Shown piece by piece: positions 1 through 9,318 of a stretch of 64,000 bases of DNA. This DNA is from Alcaligenaceae bacterium. Its GTDB lineage: Bacteria; Pseudomonadota; Gammaproteobacteria; Burkholderiales; Burkholderiaceae_B. The stretch is from positions 21,445 to 85,444 of the forward strand of contig DUNB01000082.1 in assembly GCA_012839585.1 (NCBI GenBank), written 5' to 3'. How positions within the stretch are numbered: the first letter of the stretch is position 1; each line of letters starts with the position of its first letter. The translations under genes and the position numbers were made by a program. Under the pieces are notes generated by a model that did not search any database, was not told where the DNA came from, and saw nothing but the letters and a program-made list of their open reading frames with translations.

Positions 1-652
1 CACCAATAAAGATGAAAACATCCAACAAAGGCGCGTGCACTGTAACGGTATACGTATCCGCGGCAGACTGAGCTACATCGTGCTCTACGCGCTCGAAGGT
101 ATTGTAGTAAATCCCCCAGCCACGATTACTCCAGGCCAAAGGCAAAACACGATCCGCCGGATTGTCTGAAAGCAGTTTGCTGCCACGGCGGTTTAAGTCG
201 CCCGTGGTTTCACCTAAGCCGTAGATACCTTCTTGGGCATCTAGCTGCCAAGATAAAGCCCAAGCCTGATCATGTACTAAGGATTGGCTTTGCATTAACA
301 GCTGTTCACCAGCGTATACACGCAATGCCATATTTTCTTTATCAATCTCAACCGCGCAATCGCCTTGTTCAGCGCGCCATCCTGTGGAGGTGTCTGAAAC
401 GTGTAATTCCCCCACCGCATCCAATCGCGCCAATAACATCTCGGCGTACTGTTGGGCACGTGGTGTGACACGTTCAGGCTGAATGTGTTTTAAGGACCCG
501 AAACGTATACGAAATACGCCGGGAGCATGGGCTTCGATACGAAGCAGTTGATCATCAGAGGCTTCAAAGTCAGCCGTCGATGATTTAGTAGATACAGAGC
601 TTAGAAGATTAAACAATTGCGTCACATCATCAGAGTGAGTTTTGGACGGCAC
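1..652 (-). CDS. glycoside hydrolase family 31-like protein, N-terminal part (gene runs off the window start)
   Basis: Open minus-strand frame absent from the ORF track because the window edge truncates it. My translation from GTG at 652 (alternative TTG at 679) reads VPSKTHSDD...IYGLGETTGDLNRRGSKLL...LAWSNRGWGIYYNTFE. This resembles the YGLGE and NRGYG stretches of GH31 alpha-glucosidase/xylosidase N-terminal regions. Confidence 0.5.
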   Translation of the reverse strand, partial: MPSKTHSDDVTQLFNLLSSVSTKSSTADFEASDDQLLRIEAHAPGVFRIRFGSLKHIQPERVTPRAQQYAEMLLARLDAVGELHVSDTSTGWRAEQGDCAVEIDKENMALRVYAGEQLLMQSQSLVHDQAWALSWQLDAQEGIYGLGETTGDLNRRGSKLLSDNPADRVLPLAWSNRGWGIYYNTFERVEHDVAQSAADTYTVTVHAPLLDVFIFIG

Positions 653-761
653 AGTGCGATCCTCAAGGGCAAAGCCCAAAACCTTAGATTAAAAATACTA
701 TTTTGACGATCTATTTACGACAAAGCAAACAAACCGCAAACCAATTCTTCATTTATTACTA

Positions 762-2594
762 TTATCGCAGGGATATAGATTGTAATAAATCACGTTCTAA
801 TACCGTGGGCTCGGCACATAGTTCTGTGCTAATCCTATCGGCTGCTAATGCCGCCCAACTAAAACCATACGATCCATACCCTACATTGACCCAAAGGCCA
901 GGCTTAGCCTGACACACCATTGGCAAATGGTCTTTGAGTGCTGCCCGCTGTCCAAACCACGAAGACAACGCGGGGGCCACCGGTTGGGTTACTGGTGTTA
1001 GCTCAGCAACCTTAGCCATAATTTCATCGTGGGCAGCAGAACAAATCCCCTTGTTAGGTTCTGTATACGTACTGCCTACTGCGTAGTGGTGATCGTCGAG
1101 CGCTATCACATAACCATTGCCCGCCACTATGCCGCGCACAGAGTCCTGCAGTGCCTCGTGGCCAACCACGGCACTCTGCCCCCCTAATAAATCGATATCA
1201 AATAAGCGCGATGCCTGCTGCGTAGACAGATGGTTTTTGAGCAAACTCGGAGCAGCCCCTGCATTTGCTATCACAACCTGTTCGGCCTCGTAGCTTTCTT
1301 GTTGATCGGTGACTAAACGCCAACGCCCGCTGAGGTCTTGAACGGCTTTCACTGTTTGATTCACAGTGGTAATCAAAGGATGACTGAGCAACTGTTCAAG
1401 TAAGGTCTCAGGGATCGCATAAGCCCCCTTAGGAAAGTACAGACCACCTTGTGCTAAATCTGTCTGCGCAAGCTGACTGGCTACCCGCTTATCCCTATAT
1501 TGTACCCAATCTGTATCAAATCCGAGATCTTCTACTGCACTTTCCGCGTTTTTTGCCTCATCTGCTGTTAAATTAGCCACCAAAGTGCCACAAATGTGCA
1601 AGCTACTGCCCACAAAAGGTTGCCAACGCTGCCAGGCGCGCCATAGTCCGGCACGACTGAGCCGAGCTCTGGGCGCATCATCACTGGTGATCAACGGCGT
1701 CAGAGCAACAGCCGCGTGCCCCTGATGGGCACCACCTAAGCCTTTGCTAAAAACTGGATCAAAGACCACCGATGCCACACCACGCTGTGCCAACGCATAA
1801 GCGGTGGCCGCGCCGGCAATGCCGCCCCCCACGATCAGCACGGGGTCTTTGGGTTTAGCAGGATACGAGTGTCCCAGATGAGGACGAAGTTGAGCGCGAA
1901 TCATATGACGCTTGAATGCAAAGCCCGGATGGCGCTCCACCACAAAGCCGGAATCTTGTAAGGCTTTTCGAACGTGCGCAGCGGAGCACCACGTAGCAGC
2001 CGTCGCATTGGGCGCCGCCATGCGCACTAGTTGACCGAAAACCTCTTTGGTCCACATCTCCGGATTGACCCGCGGCGCAAAACCGTCTAAATAAAACGCA
2101 TTGGCTTTACAGTCCATACGTTTGGTGGCTTGTGAAATATCACCAAAAAACAAGGTCAGCGTTACAGCGGCCTGTTCAAACTCTAGGCGATGGATGCCCG
2201 GCACCAACACTGGCCACTGTGCAATTAGCTGATCGGCCAAATCCCGCAACGCAGGTGCGGTGTCCTGCAGCATTCGAATTAGATGTACAGCCGAAAAAGG
2301 ATGCGCCTCAAACGACACAAAGTGCAGGCGCTGGCTGCGTTGCGGGTCAGAGCGCCACGCATGCCAGGTGGTTAAAAAGTTATTTCCTAAGCCAAAGCCT
2401 GTTTCCACAATGGTGAATTGATCAAGCCCTTGCCAGCGTTCTGGCAAGCCATTACCCTGTAAAAAGACGTACTGCGCCTGCTCCACCGCCCCCGAGGCGG
2501 CGTGGTACACATCATCATAACGATCACTACAGGCCAATCCCGTATCAGTAAACGTGGGTTGGGCCGGAATTAGGGGCTGAAATGCGCGCGTCAT
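762..2594 (-). CDS. mnmC: bifunctional tRNA mnm5s2U34 methyltransferase / FAD-dependent cmnm5s2U34 oxidoreductase
   Basis: 610-aa ORF with the two-domain MnmC layout. The N-terminal methyltransferase part contains FTIVETGFGLGNNFL. The C-terminal DAO-type oxidoreductase contains the [24 protein letters not shown] fold. Confidence 0.85.
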   Translation of the reverse strand: MTRAFQPLIPAQPTFTDTGLACSDRYDDVYHAASGAVEQAQYVFLQGNGLPERWQGLDQFTIVETGFGLGNNFLTTWHAWRSDPQRSQRLHFVSFEAHPFSAVHLIRMLQDTAPALRDLADQLIAQWPVLVPGIHRLEFEQAAVTLTLFFGDISQATKRMDCKANAFYLDGFAPRVNPEMWTKEVFGQLVRMAAPNATAATWCSAAHVRKALQDSGFVVERHPGFAFKRHMIRAQLRPHLGHSYPAKPKDPVLIVGGGIAGAATAYALAQRGVASVVFDPVFSKGLGGAHQGHAAVALTPLITSDDAPRARLSRAGLWRAWQRWQPFVGSSLHICGTLVANLTADEAKNAESAVEDLGFDTDWVQYRDKRVASQLAQTDLAQGGLYFPKGAYAIPETLLEQLLSHPLITTVNQTVKAVQDLSGRWRLVTDQQESYEAEQVVIANAGAAPSLLKNHLSTQQASRLFDIDLLGGQSAVVGHEALQDSVRGIVAGNGYVIALDDHHYAVGSTYTEPNKGICSAAHDEIMAKVAELTPVTQPVAPALSSWFGQRAALKDHLPMVCQAKPGLWVNVGYGSYGFSWAALAADRISTELCAEPTVLERDLLQSISLR

Positions 2595-2691
2595 ATAATT
2601 ACAGTTAAATAATGGGTTAGCTGTACAATTTGACTCCTAACGGCGCGATCAAAGCGCCGCTATATTGAAGTCACTCTATTTAGGTCGTTTT

Positions 2692-3534
2692 ATGCAAAGC
2701 TCTTTAGCTCTAAGCAGCAGTTTAGAAGCTGCCGTGCAAGCCGCCCATGCGGGCGCTGCCATTTTACAAGCCTACGCCACAAACCGCAGCGAATTAGTCA
2801 TTGATGTCAAAATGCGCAATGACTTGGTTTCCCAAGCGGACCGTGAGGCAGAATTAGCGGTGATTGATATTCTACGTAGCCAAACCCCTGACTTTGGCAT
2901 TATCGCCGAGGAAAGCGGCGGTCAAGCCAGCGGCTTGGCCTCTTGGTGCATTGATCCGCTCGATGGCACCACTAATTTTTTACATGGCATCCCGCATTAC
3001 GCGGTTTCCATTGCTCTCATTGCCCATGCCGGTACCCGCGTTAACGGTGAGACACTAACACAAGACACGCCCGTTGTTGGCGTGATCTATGACCCGAATC
3101 GCGAGGAAATATTTACCGCCATGCTAGGAGCAGGTGCTTGGCTAAATGGGCAGCGCATTTACTGCTCTCAGGCAGACTCACTTGCTAATAGTGTATTAGC
3201 AACTGGTTTTCCTTTTAGGGATTTCAGCTTTGCGGACCAATACATGCCCACCTTACAGCACGCCATCACGCATACCCGAGGCATTCGCCGTCATGGGGCT
3301 GCGGCACTGGACTTGGCATGGGTAGCCTGCGGTCGCTTTGACGGTTATTGGGAAATGGGCTTAGCCCCCTGGGATGTGGCGGCTGGCACCTTATTGGTGC
3401 GTGAGGCCGGTGGGATCTGTGATGACATGTATGAGCAACTACCTTGGCCTAGCAACGGCTATGTGTACTCCGGTGGTCCCGTCGTAGCAAACGAGCTGCT
3501 GGCCATGCTACAGCCTCACCTCAAATACCCATAA
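2692..3534 (+). CDS. suhB: inositol monophosphatase family protein
   Basis: IMPase motifs IIAEESGG and WCIDPLDGTTNFLHGIPHYAVSIAL. The ORF-track start at 2665 is TTG; the ATG at 2692 (MQSSLAL) is preferred. Confidence 0.85.
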   Translation: MQSSLALSSSLEAAVQAAHAGAAILQAYATNRSELVIDVKMRNDLVSQADREAELAVIDILRSQTPDFGIIAEESGGQASGLASWCIDPLDGTTNFLHGIPHYAVSIALIAHAGTRVNGETLTQDTPVVGVIYDPNREEIFTAMLGAGAWLNGQRIYCSQADSLANSVLATGFPFRDFSFADQYMPTLQHAITHTRGIRRHGAAALDLAWVACGRFDGYWEMGLAPWDVAAGTLLVREAGGICDDMYEQLPWPSNGYVYSGGPVVANELLAMLQPHLKYP

Positions 3535-3640
3535 AATAGCTAGGGTTAATGGTGATCACGGATTCCCTAACGCCAAAGCTCGCGCATAATAGTCAAATAC
3601 TGTTGATCTGTTTATACGCTATCAAGTTCAAGGTGAATCC

Positions 3641-4837
3641 ATGACCACGCTACCTCCACTTACCGACTGGCAAGACGAGTTCATCGCAATACGTCGCGAC
3701 CTTCATCAATATCCTGAATTAGGCTACGAGGAATTCCGTACCTCCGATAAGGTCGCCGAACTCTTACAAAGCTGGGGTATTCCTATACATCGCGGCTTAG
3801 GTGAAACCGGTGTGGTGGGCATACTGCAGGGCAAACTGGGTCCAGGTAAAAGCATCGGTCTACGCGCAGATATGGACGCACTGCCTATGCCTGAGCAAAA
3901 TGCATTCCCTCACAAAAGTCGTCACGAGGGCAAAATGCACGCCTGTGGTCATGATGGTCACACCACGATGCTATTAGCCGCGGCTAAATACCTGGCCTCG
4001 CACAACGATTTTGCCGGGACGGTGTATTTTATTTTTCAGCCCGCCGAAGAAGGTTTAGGTGGAGCAAAAAAAATGATTGAGGACGGCCTATTCACCAACT
4101 TTCCTATGGATGCGGTGTTTGGTATCCATAATTGGCCACATATGCCCACAGGCCATTTTGGGCTACGTGCTGGCGCCATTATGGCATCTAGCAATAGCTT
4201 TGCCATTAAGGTACAGGGCAAAGGGGCACATGGCGCCATGCCTCATTTAGGTGCTGACCCAGTCATGGCTGCCGTGCATATTGCCCAAGGTATTCAATCC
4301 ATTGTAAGCCGCAACATGGATCCTCTGGATCAGGCCGTCGTCAGCATTACCCAAATCCATGCCGGCTCAGCCGACAATGTGATCCCGGATACCGCCCAAA
4401 TTCGTGGCACCGTCCGCACCTTTAGCACAGCCACCTTGGACATCATTGAACAGCGTCTAGAACAAATCAGCCAACACAGCGCCACGGCACTTGGTTGTAG
4501 CGCTGAAATGACCTTTACTCGCACCTACCCGCCCACCATTAACCATGCCGATGCAGCCCAGTTCTGCGCAGACCTGATCACCGACTGGCTTGGGGCCGAT
4601 CACCTGATTGACCCGGTGACGCCTTCCATGGGCGCCGAGGATTTTTCCTTTATGCTGGAACAAGTGCCTGGTTGTTATTTATTTTTAGGTAATGGCGATG
4701 GTGACCATCGTGCAGCAGGGCATGGACTTGGCCCTTGCTCGCTTCATAATGGCAGTTATGACTTCAATGACAACTTGATTCCTATTGGAGCCTCCTTCTG
4801 GGTCAAGCTAGCCACACAATGGTTACAACAGCCCTAA
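3641..4837 (+). CDS. M20D-family amidohydrolase (hippurate hydrolase / N-acyl-amino acid amidohydrolase type)
   Basis: 398 aa with an ATG start. Motifs HACGHDGHTTMLL and FQPAEEGLGGAKKM, and a C-terminal LHNGSYDFND, are typical of the M20D peptidase family. Confidence 0.8.
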   Translation: MTTLPPLTDWQDEFIAIRRDLHQYPELGYEEFRTSDKVAELLQSWGIPIHRGLGETGVVGILQGKLGPGKSIGLRADMDALPMPEQNAFPHKSRHEGKMHACGHDGHTTMLLAAAKYLASHNDFAGTVYFIFQPAEEGLGGAKKMIEDGLFTNFPMDAVFGIHNWPHMPTGHFGLRAGAIMASSNSFAIKVQGKGAHGAMPHLGADPVMAAVHIAQGIQSIVSRNMDPLDQAVVSITQIHAGSADNVIPDTAQIRGTVRTFSTATLDIIEQRLEQISQHSATALGCSAEMTFTRTYPPTINHADAAQFCADLITDWLGADHLIDPVTPSMGAEDFSFMLEQVPGCYLFLGNGDGDHRAAGHGLGPCSLHNGSYDFNDNLIPIGASFWVKLATQWLQQP

Positions 4838-4926
4838 GCCCTGTTAGCTAAACTAACAATTCATTCGTTTTTTTTATGGGCGTCTAGGTACAATAATGGT
4901 CATTTGTATTGTATTTAGGAGTCCCC

Positions 4927-5328
4927 ATGAGCACAGCGCTAATTTCCATTCCCAAAGACCGTGATCCTGTATTACGTGTCATTCCCATGCCTGGCGATGC
5001 CAATATGTATGGTGATGTGTTTGGAGGCTGGATTATGGCCCAAGTCGACGTTGGGGGTTCTGTGGCCGCCTCGCGCCGTGCCCATGGCAGAGTCGCTACC
5101 ATCGCGGTCAACTCCTTTACCTTCAAGCAGCCCGTCTTTGTTGGTGATTTACTCAGCGTCTACGCCGATATCATTAAAACCGGCACCACCTCTATTACCG
5201 TATCGGTAGAGGTCTTTGCCGAACGCAAGCTGCTTTCTGATGAAACCGTCAAGGTCACAGAGGCCGTTCTCACCTACGTCGCCACGGATGACCAGCGCCG
5301 TAGCCGCCCCTTACCCGCACTCGAATAA
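4927..5328 (+). CDS. acyl-CoA thioesterase, YciA-like hotdog fold
   Basis: The sequence PMPGDANMYGDVFGGWIMAQVD...VNSFTFKQPVFVGD matches the YciA-type thioesterase pattern. The track start 4909 is TTG; the ATG at 4927 sits 5 nt after AGGAG. Confidence 0.75.
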   Translation: MSTALISIPKDRDPVLRVIPMPGDANMYGDVFGGWIMAQVDVGGSVAASRRAHGRVATIAVNSFTFKQPVFVGDLLSVYADIIKTGTTSITVSVEVFAERKLLSDETVKVTEAVLTYVATDDQRRSRPLPALE

Positions 5329-5329
5329 T

Positions 5330-6808
5330 ATGACCCAATCTGCTTCCTCCACACCATCTACGACTCGACCCAAACTTCGTCGCTTGGATCCTGAGGATGC
5401 TCAGTTGGCGCTACAGCGGCTGCAAGGCATCCTCAAACGTCAAGAAGTCATTGCGCTTTTAACAGAGAAGCAAAACGAAGAGGGTGAGCATGCAGAGCTT
5501 CTTTCTGATCTCACCCATCGCCGACACGAAAGCGAAATCCGCGCCATCATTAACAATCTGCACCCAGCGGATATTGCCTTTATTCTGGAATCTCTACCGG
5601 AGTCTGAGCGTCAACTGGTCTGGGATCAGGTCGCCGAAGAGCACGACGCCGACGTTCTACTCGAAATCGAGGACTGGGTTCGTGAATCCTTAATTAAATC
5701 CATGGACGCCGACGAGCTTATCGCGGCGGCGTCCAGCATGGATGCGGATGAAATTGCCGAGCTTGCACCGGACTTACCCCCTGCGGTGATGGCCGAGGTG
5801 CAAAAAGGCTTAACCGATGCAGAGCGGGCGCAACTGATCGCCGCCATGGGTTACCCCGAGGACGCCGTGGGCGCGATCATGGACTTTGAGATGGTGCGTG
5901 TGCGTGAGGACGTTACCCTAGAGGTAGTGTTACGCTATTTACGTCGTCTCCAAGAACTCCCCGATCACACTGACCAAGTCTTTGTGGTGGACCGCGAAGA
6001 CCGCTTACAAGGTACCTTATCCCTCACCACCCTATTGGTGTCTGACCCAGACAGCCTTGTTTCTTCGGTGATGAGCACCGATTACTTCAGCTTGCACCCG
6101 CTGGATCCCGATACGGATGCTGCCAGTGCCTTTGAACGCTATGACTTGGTGTCTGCTGCCGTGGTCGATGACTATGGCCGACTCATTGGTCGCGTGCCCA
6201 TCGACGAGGTCGTAGACGTATTGCAAGAGGACTCACAGGAACAGGAATTATCCCGTGCCGGTCTACAAGAAGAGGATATTTTCGCGCCCGTGTTCAGCGC
6301 CTTGCGCAACCGTGCGCCCTGGCTCTTGGTCAACCTTTGTACCGCGGCGACAGCCTCTTTTATTGCCTCACGCTTTGAGCAAACTGTCAGTCAAATTGTG
6401 ATTTTGGCCTTTTTAATGTCCATTGTGGCGGGTATTGGCGGTAACTCCGGCAACCAAACCATGACCATGGTGATTCGCGCCATGGCCATGGGTCGTATTA
6501 CGGGAGTCAACATCTGGCCTTTGGTCAAACGCGAACTCTTAGTTACCTTTTTAGTCGGTATGTGCGGCAGCCTGGTCACTGCGGGCTTTGCGTGGTTTAT
6601 CTCGCGCTCCATACCTATTGCTCTGGTGATGATGGCCGCCATGATCGGCAATATGCTGGTTGGTGCCACCCTAGGCGTCCTTATCCCCACCTTGCGTAGC
6701 CGTTTTGGCAAAGATCCAGCGATGGGGTCATCGGTGCTCCTTACCTTTGGTACCGACTCGTTAGGCTTCTTTTTATTTCTAGGACTGGCTACCTTGTTTT
6801 TACTGTAG
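5330..6808 (+). CDS. mgtE: magnesium transporter MgtE
   Basis: Acidic N-domain, CBS pair and a C-terminal membrane domain containing IVAGIGGNSGNQTMTMVIRAMA. The track start 5216 overlaps the thioesterase gene. The ATG at 5330 lies 1 nt after the thioesterase stop. Confidence 0.9.
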   Translation: MTQSASSTPSTTRPKLRRLDPEDAQLALQRLQGILKRQEVIALLTEKQNEEGEHAELLSDLTHRRHESEIRAIINNLHPADIAFILESLPESERQLVWDQVAEEHDADVLLEIEDWVRESLIKSMDADELIAAASSMDADEIAELAPDLPPAVMAEVQKGLTDAERAQLIAAMGYPEDAVGAIMDFEMVRVREDVTLEVVLRYLRRLQELPDHTDQVFVVDREDRLQGTLSLTTLLVSDPDSLVSSVMSTDYFSLHPLDPDTDAASAFERYDLVSAAVVDDYGRLIGRVPIDEVVDVLQEDSQEQELSRAGLQEEDIFAPVFSALRNRAPWLLVNLCTAATASFIASRFEQTVSQIVILAFLMSIVAGIGGNSGNQTMTMVIRAMAMGRITGVNIWPLVKRELLVTFLVGMCGSLVTAGFAWFISRSIPIALVMMAAMIGNMLVGATLGVLIPTLRSRFGKDPAMGSSVLLTFGTDSLGFFLFLGLATLFLL

Positions 6809-7702
6809 CAGTTCCGGTTCTCTACACAGCTCTTGCAACTGCTGTTGCAAGAGCTGCATCACTGCCTTATCCCCGCCAATAAACACCAGTTGCGTTTTTT
6901 GTATGGCGCGCTGACTAGGCGTTAGTCGCCACTGTCCACCGGTAAATTGCACCACACAACTTTTGGCATCCGGGTACGTCAACACCATCCCTTTGGCTCG
7001 ATACAAATCCGCTGCGTAGCTCTCCATCAGCTGCTTAAGACCTTCTATATCGATGGGTGCGCTGGTTTCAAAGCTAAAGCTATGCCAACCACTCGCCCCG
7101 GTAGCCGTTGTCACCTCCGGCGCAGATGCTGCGGTTTGTTCAGGCTCTGAGAAGTCATACTCAACCGTCGCCTGACTGGAGTTAAGCAGGTTTTGCAAAC
7201 AAGACGGAATCTGCTTAGGGTCGCTCAGGCGATTTAAAACCAGACGCGTTGCACTTTGAATTTGTTGTTCCCAGACCTGATTGACCCGGCTATCAGCGGC
7301 GTGACGCTGTGCTAAGGACACATCCACAAAGCACCACACATCGGTGAGCGTAAAGCGCGCAGATACGCGCACCATGTCAGCCACTCGGGCAGCATTGGCC
7401 ACCCCACTGGTTTCCACATACAGCGCCGCCGGACTGGGCTGGGCCCGACCAATTTCAGCGAGTTTTTCTGCCATGCTGCCCCCTAAGGTGCAACAGACGC
7501 AGCCATTGTTTAGTCGGATGATTTGATCATCCTGATACACAATTAAGTCCGCATCCACATTGATTTGGCCAAAATCATTCACCAAGATCAAACTATTGGC
7601 GGGCACGCCCCCTGCCAATAGTTGATTCAGAAAGGTGGTTTTCCCCGCCCCTAAAAACCCCGTAATAATGGTGACGGGAATGGTATTAGGATGCATTGGC
7701 AT
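6800..7702 (-). CDS. COG0523 (CobW/P47K) family G3E GTPase, putative metallochaperone
   Basis: Walker A ITGFLGAGKTTFLNQLL and the CxCC metal motif GCVCCTLGG, plus a C-terminal CobW_C-like region. The track start 7714 is GTG; ATGs lie at 7702 and 7696. Any of these starts overlaps the stop of the upstream amidohydrolase gene. Confidence 0.8.
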   Translation of the reverse strand: MPMHPNTIPVTIITGFLGAGKTTFLNQLLAGGVPANSLILVNDFGQINVDADLIVYQDDQIIRLNNGCVCCTLGGSMAEKLAEIGRAQPSPAALYVETSGVANAARVADMVRVSARFTLTDVWCFVDVSLAQRHAADSRVNQVWEQQIQSATRLVLNRLSDPKQIPSCLQNLLNSSQATVEYDFSEPEQTAASAPEVTTATGASGWHSFSFETSAPIDIEGLKQLMESYAADLYRAKGMVLTYPDAKSCVVQFTGGQWRLTPSQRAIQKTQLVFIGGDKAVMQLLQQQLQELCREPELLQ

Positions 7703-9314
7703 AGACCTTTCCACCTAATACGGTAGCGCGCACCTCTAGATCTGGCAGCTCATCTACGTCTAGTTCATAGAGATCGTGATCGAGCACCACCATATCGGCA
7801 TACTTGCCTACCTCTAGACTGCCTACCTTATGGTCCAAATGCAAAGTGTAGGCCGCACCCAGCGTCATCGCATAAAGGGCTTGCTGTATGTTGAGCGCCT
7901 CATGCTCACCGAAGGATTTGCCACTGGCCGTTTGGCGTGCCATCGAGCACCACATCGAAAACAACGGCCCCAAAGGCGTGACAGGCGCATCACAGTGCAT
8001 CGCGACCGGCACATTTAATGCCAAGGCCGATGCCAAAGGTTGCATTCTGCGTGAACGGCTGTAGCCCAAGGTTTTATCACGGTGAATATCACCCCAATAG
8101 TAGATATGATTCACAAACATATTGAGGCAAACACCCAGTTTTGCCGCCCGTCGCATTTGCGCTTGGCTAATAAACTGACAATGCTGCAACGTATGGCGGT
8201 GATCCGGCCTATACCATAAGGTTTGCGCTTCTTCGATTGCGTCGAGCATTAGCTCTACGGCCTCATCACCATTGGTATGAATATGCAGTTGAAGCCCGGC
8301 CTGATGGTAATCCAATACAATTTGACGAAGCGTTTCAGGTGGGGCATTCCAAATACCATTCTCATGGCCATTGTGATAACCAGGCCACAGCATTCTTGCC
8401 GAAAAACCCTGAATGGAGCCATCTGTCATTACCTTGACTAAGCCAAACTTCAGTTTGTCGTTGTTATCCTTTTGGCACGACAATACCCGCTCAATCCCTT
8501 GGTGATTTTGCCAATCCAACGCCCCCATAGCAGGCACGAGACGGACGGGATAGTCGTCTGAGTTCGTCACAGACTTCATTGCCTCAACCCCTTTGTCGCT
8601 CAAGGGGTTATATAAGTCTGTAATCGTCGTAATGCCTGTTCGCTGAGCGGCTTTGGCGTAGTTTTCTAACGTTAAGGTACTAGCGGCCTCTTCAAAAATA
8701 CTGCGTCCCAAGGCCTCAAACACAGCAAACATGGCGGCCATTTCTCGAAGCTCACCGTTTGGCTTGCCATCCTGGCCTAACATCACCCCTTCGATATCCG
8801 CATTTTGACTTAAGCTAGTCTTTGCCAACATTTGGCTATTAATCGTCATTAAGTGCAAGTTAGCGTGAAAAACCACGACGGGACGATCAGGGACTACCGC
8901 ATCAATCACGGTTTTGTCTAAGCGCTCGCCCTCGAAATACACCGGGTCAAAGCCCCATGCAATTAGGGGTTCGCCGGGGGGCAGCTGTCGCTCATATTCC
9001 TGCAGTTTATTTTGAATTTGCTCTAGATTTTGATTACCCGACCAGAGCTTACCGTGAGGATCATGACGTGGGTAATAACCTAAATATAAATAGTTCCACA
9101 TCGCCCCCTCTAGGGCATGACTGTGTCCCTCTACAAAACCAGGATATAAGTAGCTATCCGCAAATTGCTTATCTACCGTTATTGGGCCCAAATCCTGTAG
9201 TTCTTCTAGTGGCCCTACCGCAAGTACCTTGCCATCTTTCACAGCGATATGTGTTGCCTCGGGCAAAGAGGGATCCATTGTAATAATACGTTTAGCTTCA
9301 AAAACTGTAATCAT
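7686..9314 (-). CDS. amidohydrolase_3 (YtcJ-like) family metal-dependent hydrolase
   Basis: 542 aa with an ATG start. It carries the N-terminal HxH metal motif (FVEGHSHALEG), HIHTNGDEAV and a C-terminal KYADMVVLD, typical of the amidohydrolase superfamily. Confidence 0.75.
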   Translation of the reverse strand: MITVFEAKRIITMDPSLPEATHIAVKDGKVLAVGPLEELQDLGPITVDKQFADSYLYPGFVEGHSHALEGAMWNYLYLGYYPRHDPHGKLWSGNQNLEQIQNKLQEYERQLPPGEPLIAWGFDPVYFEGERLDKTVIDAVVPDRPVVVFHANLHLMTINSQMLAKTSLSQNADIEGVMLGQDGKPNGELREMAAMFAVFEALGRSIFEEAASTLTLENYAKAAQRTGITTITDLYNPLSDKGVEAMKSVTNSDDYPVRLVPAMGALDWQNHQGIERVLSCQKDNNDKLKFGLVKVMTDGSIQGFSARMLWPGYHNGHENGIWNAPPETLRQIVLDYHQAGLQLHIHTNGDEAVELMLDAIEEAQTLWYRPDHRHTLQHCQFISQAQMRRAAKLGVCLNMFVNHIYYWGDIHRDKTLGYSRSRRMQPLASALALNVPVAMHCDAPVTPLGPLFSMWCSMARQTASGKSFGEHEALNIQQALYAMTLGAAYTLHLDHKVGSLEVGKYADMVVLDHDLYELDVDELPDLEVRATVLGGKVYANAS

Positions 9315-9318
9315 GCCA

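Noticed and set aside
5216-5329. Upstream extensions of ORF-track starts: mgtE 5216, livK 13964, livG 17604, secA 23973, ftsW 34587, murD 36032, murC 32258, pgk 57894, tkt 61037, lpxC 26425, mraZ 43456
   Set aside because: The extensions overlap the preceding gene or use TTG/GTG far upstream. Alignment of the N-termini with well-known orthologues and ATGA/GTGA stop-start overlaps support the shorter versions listed in the features.
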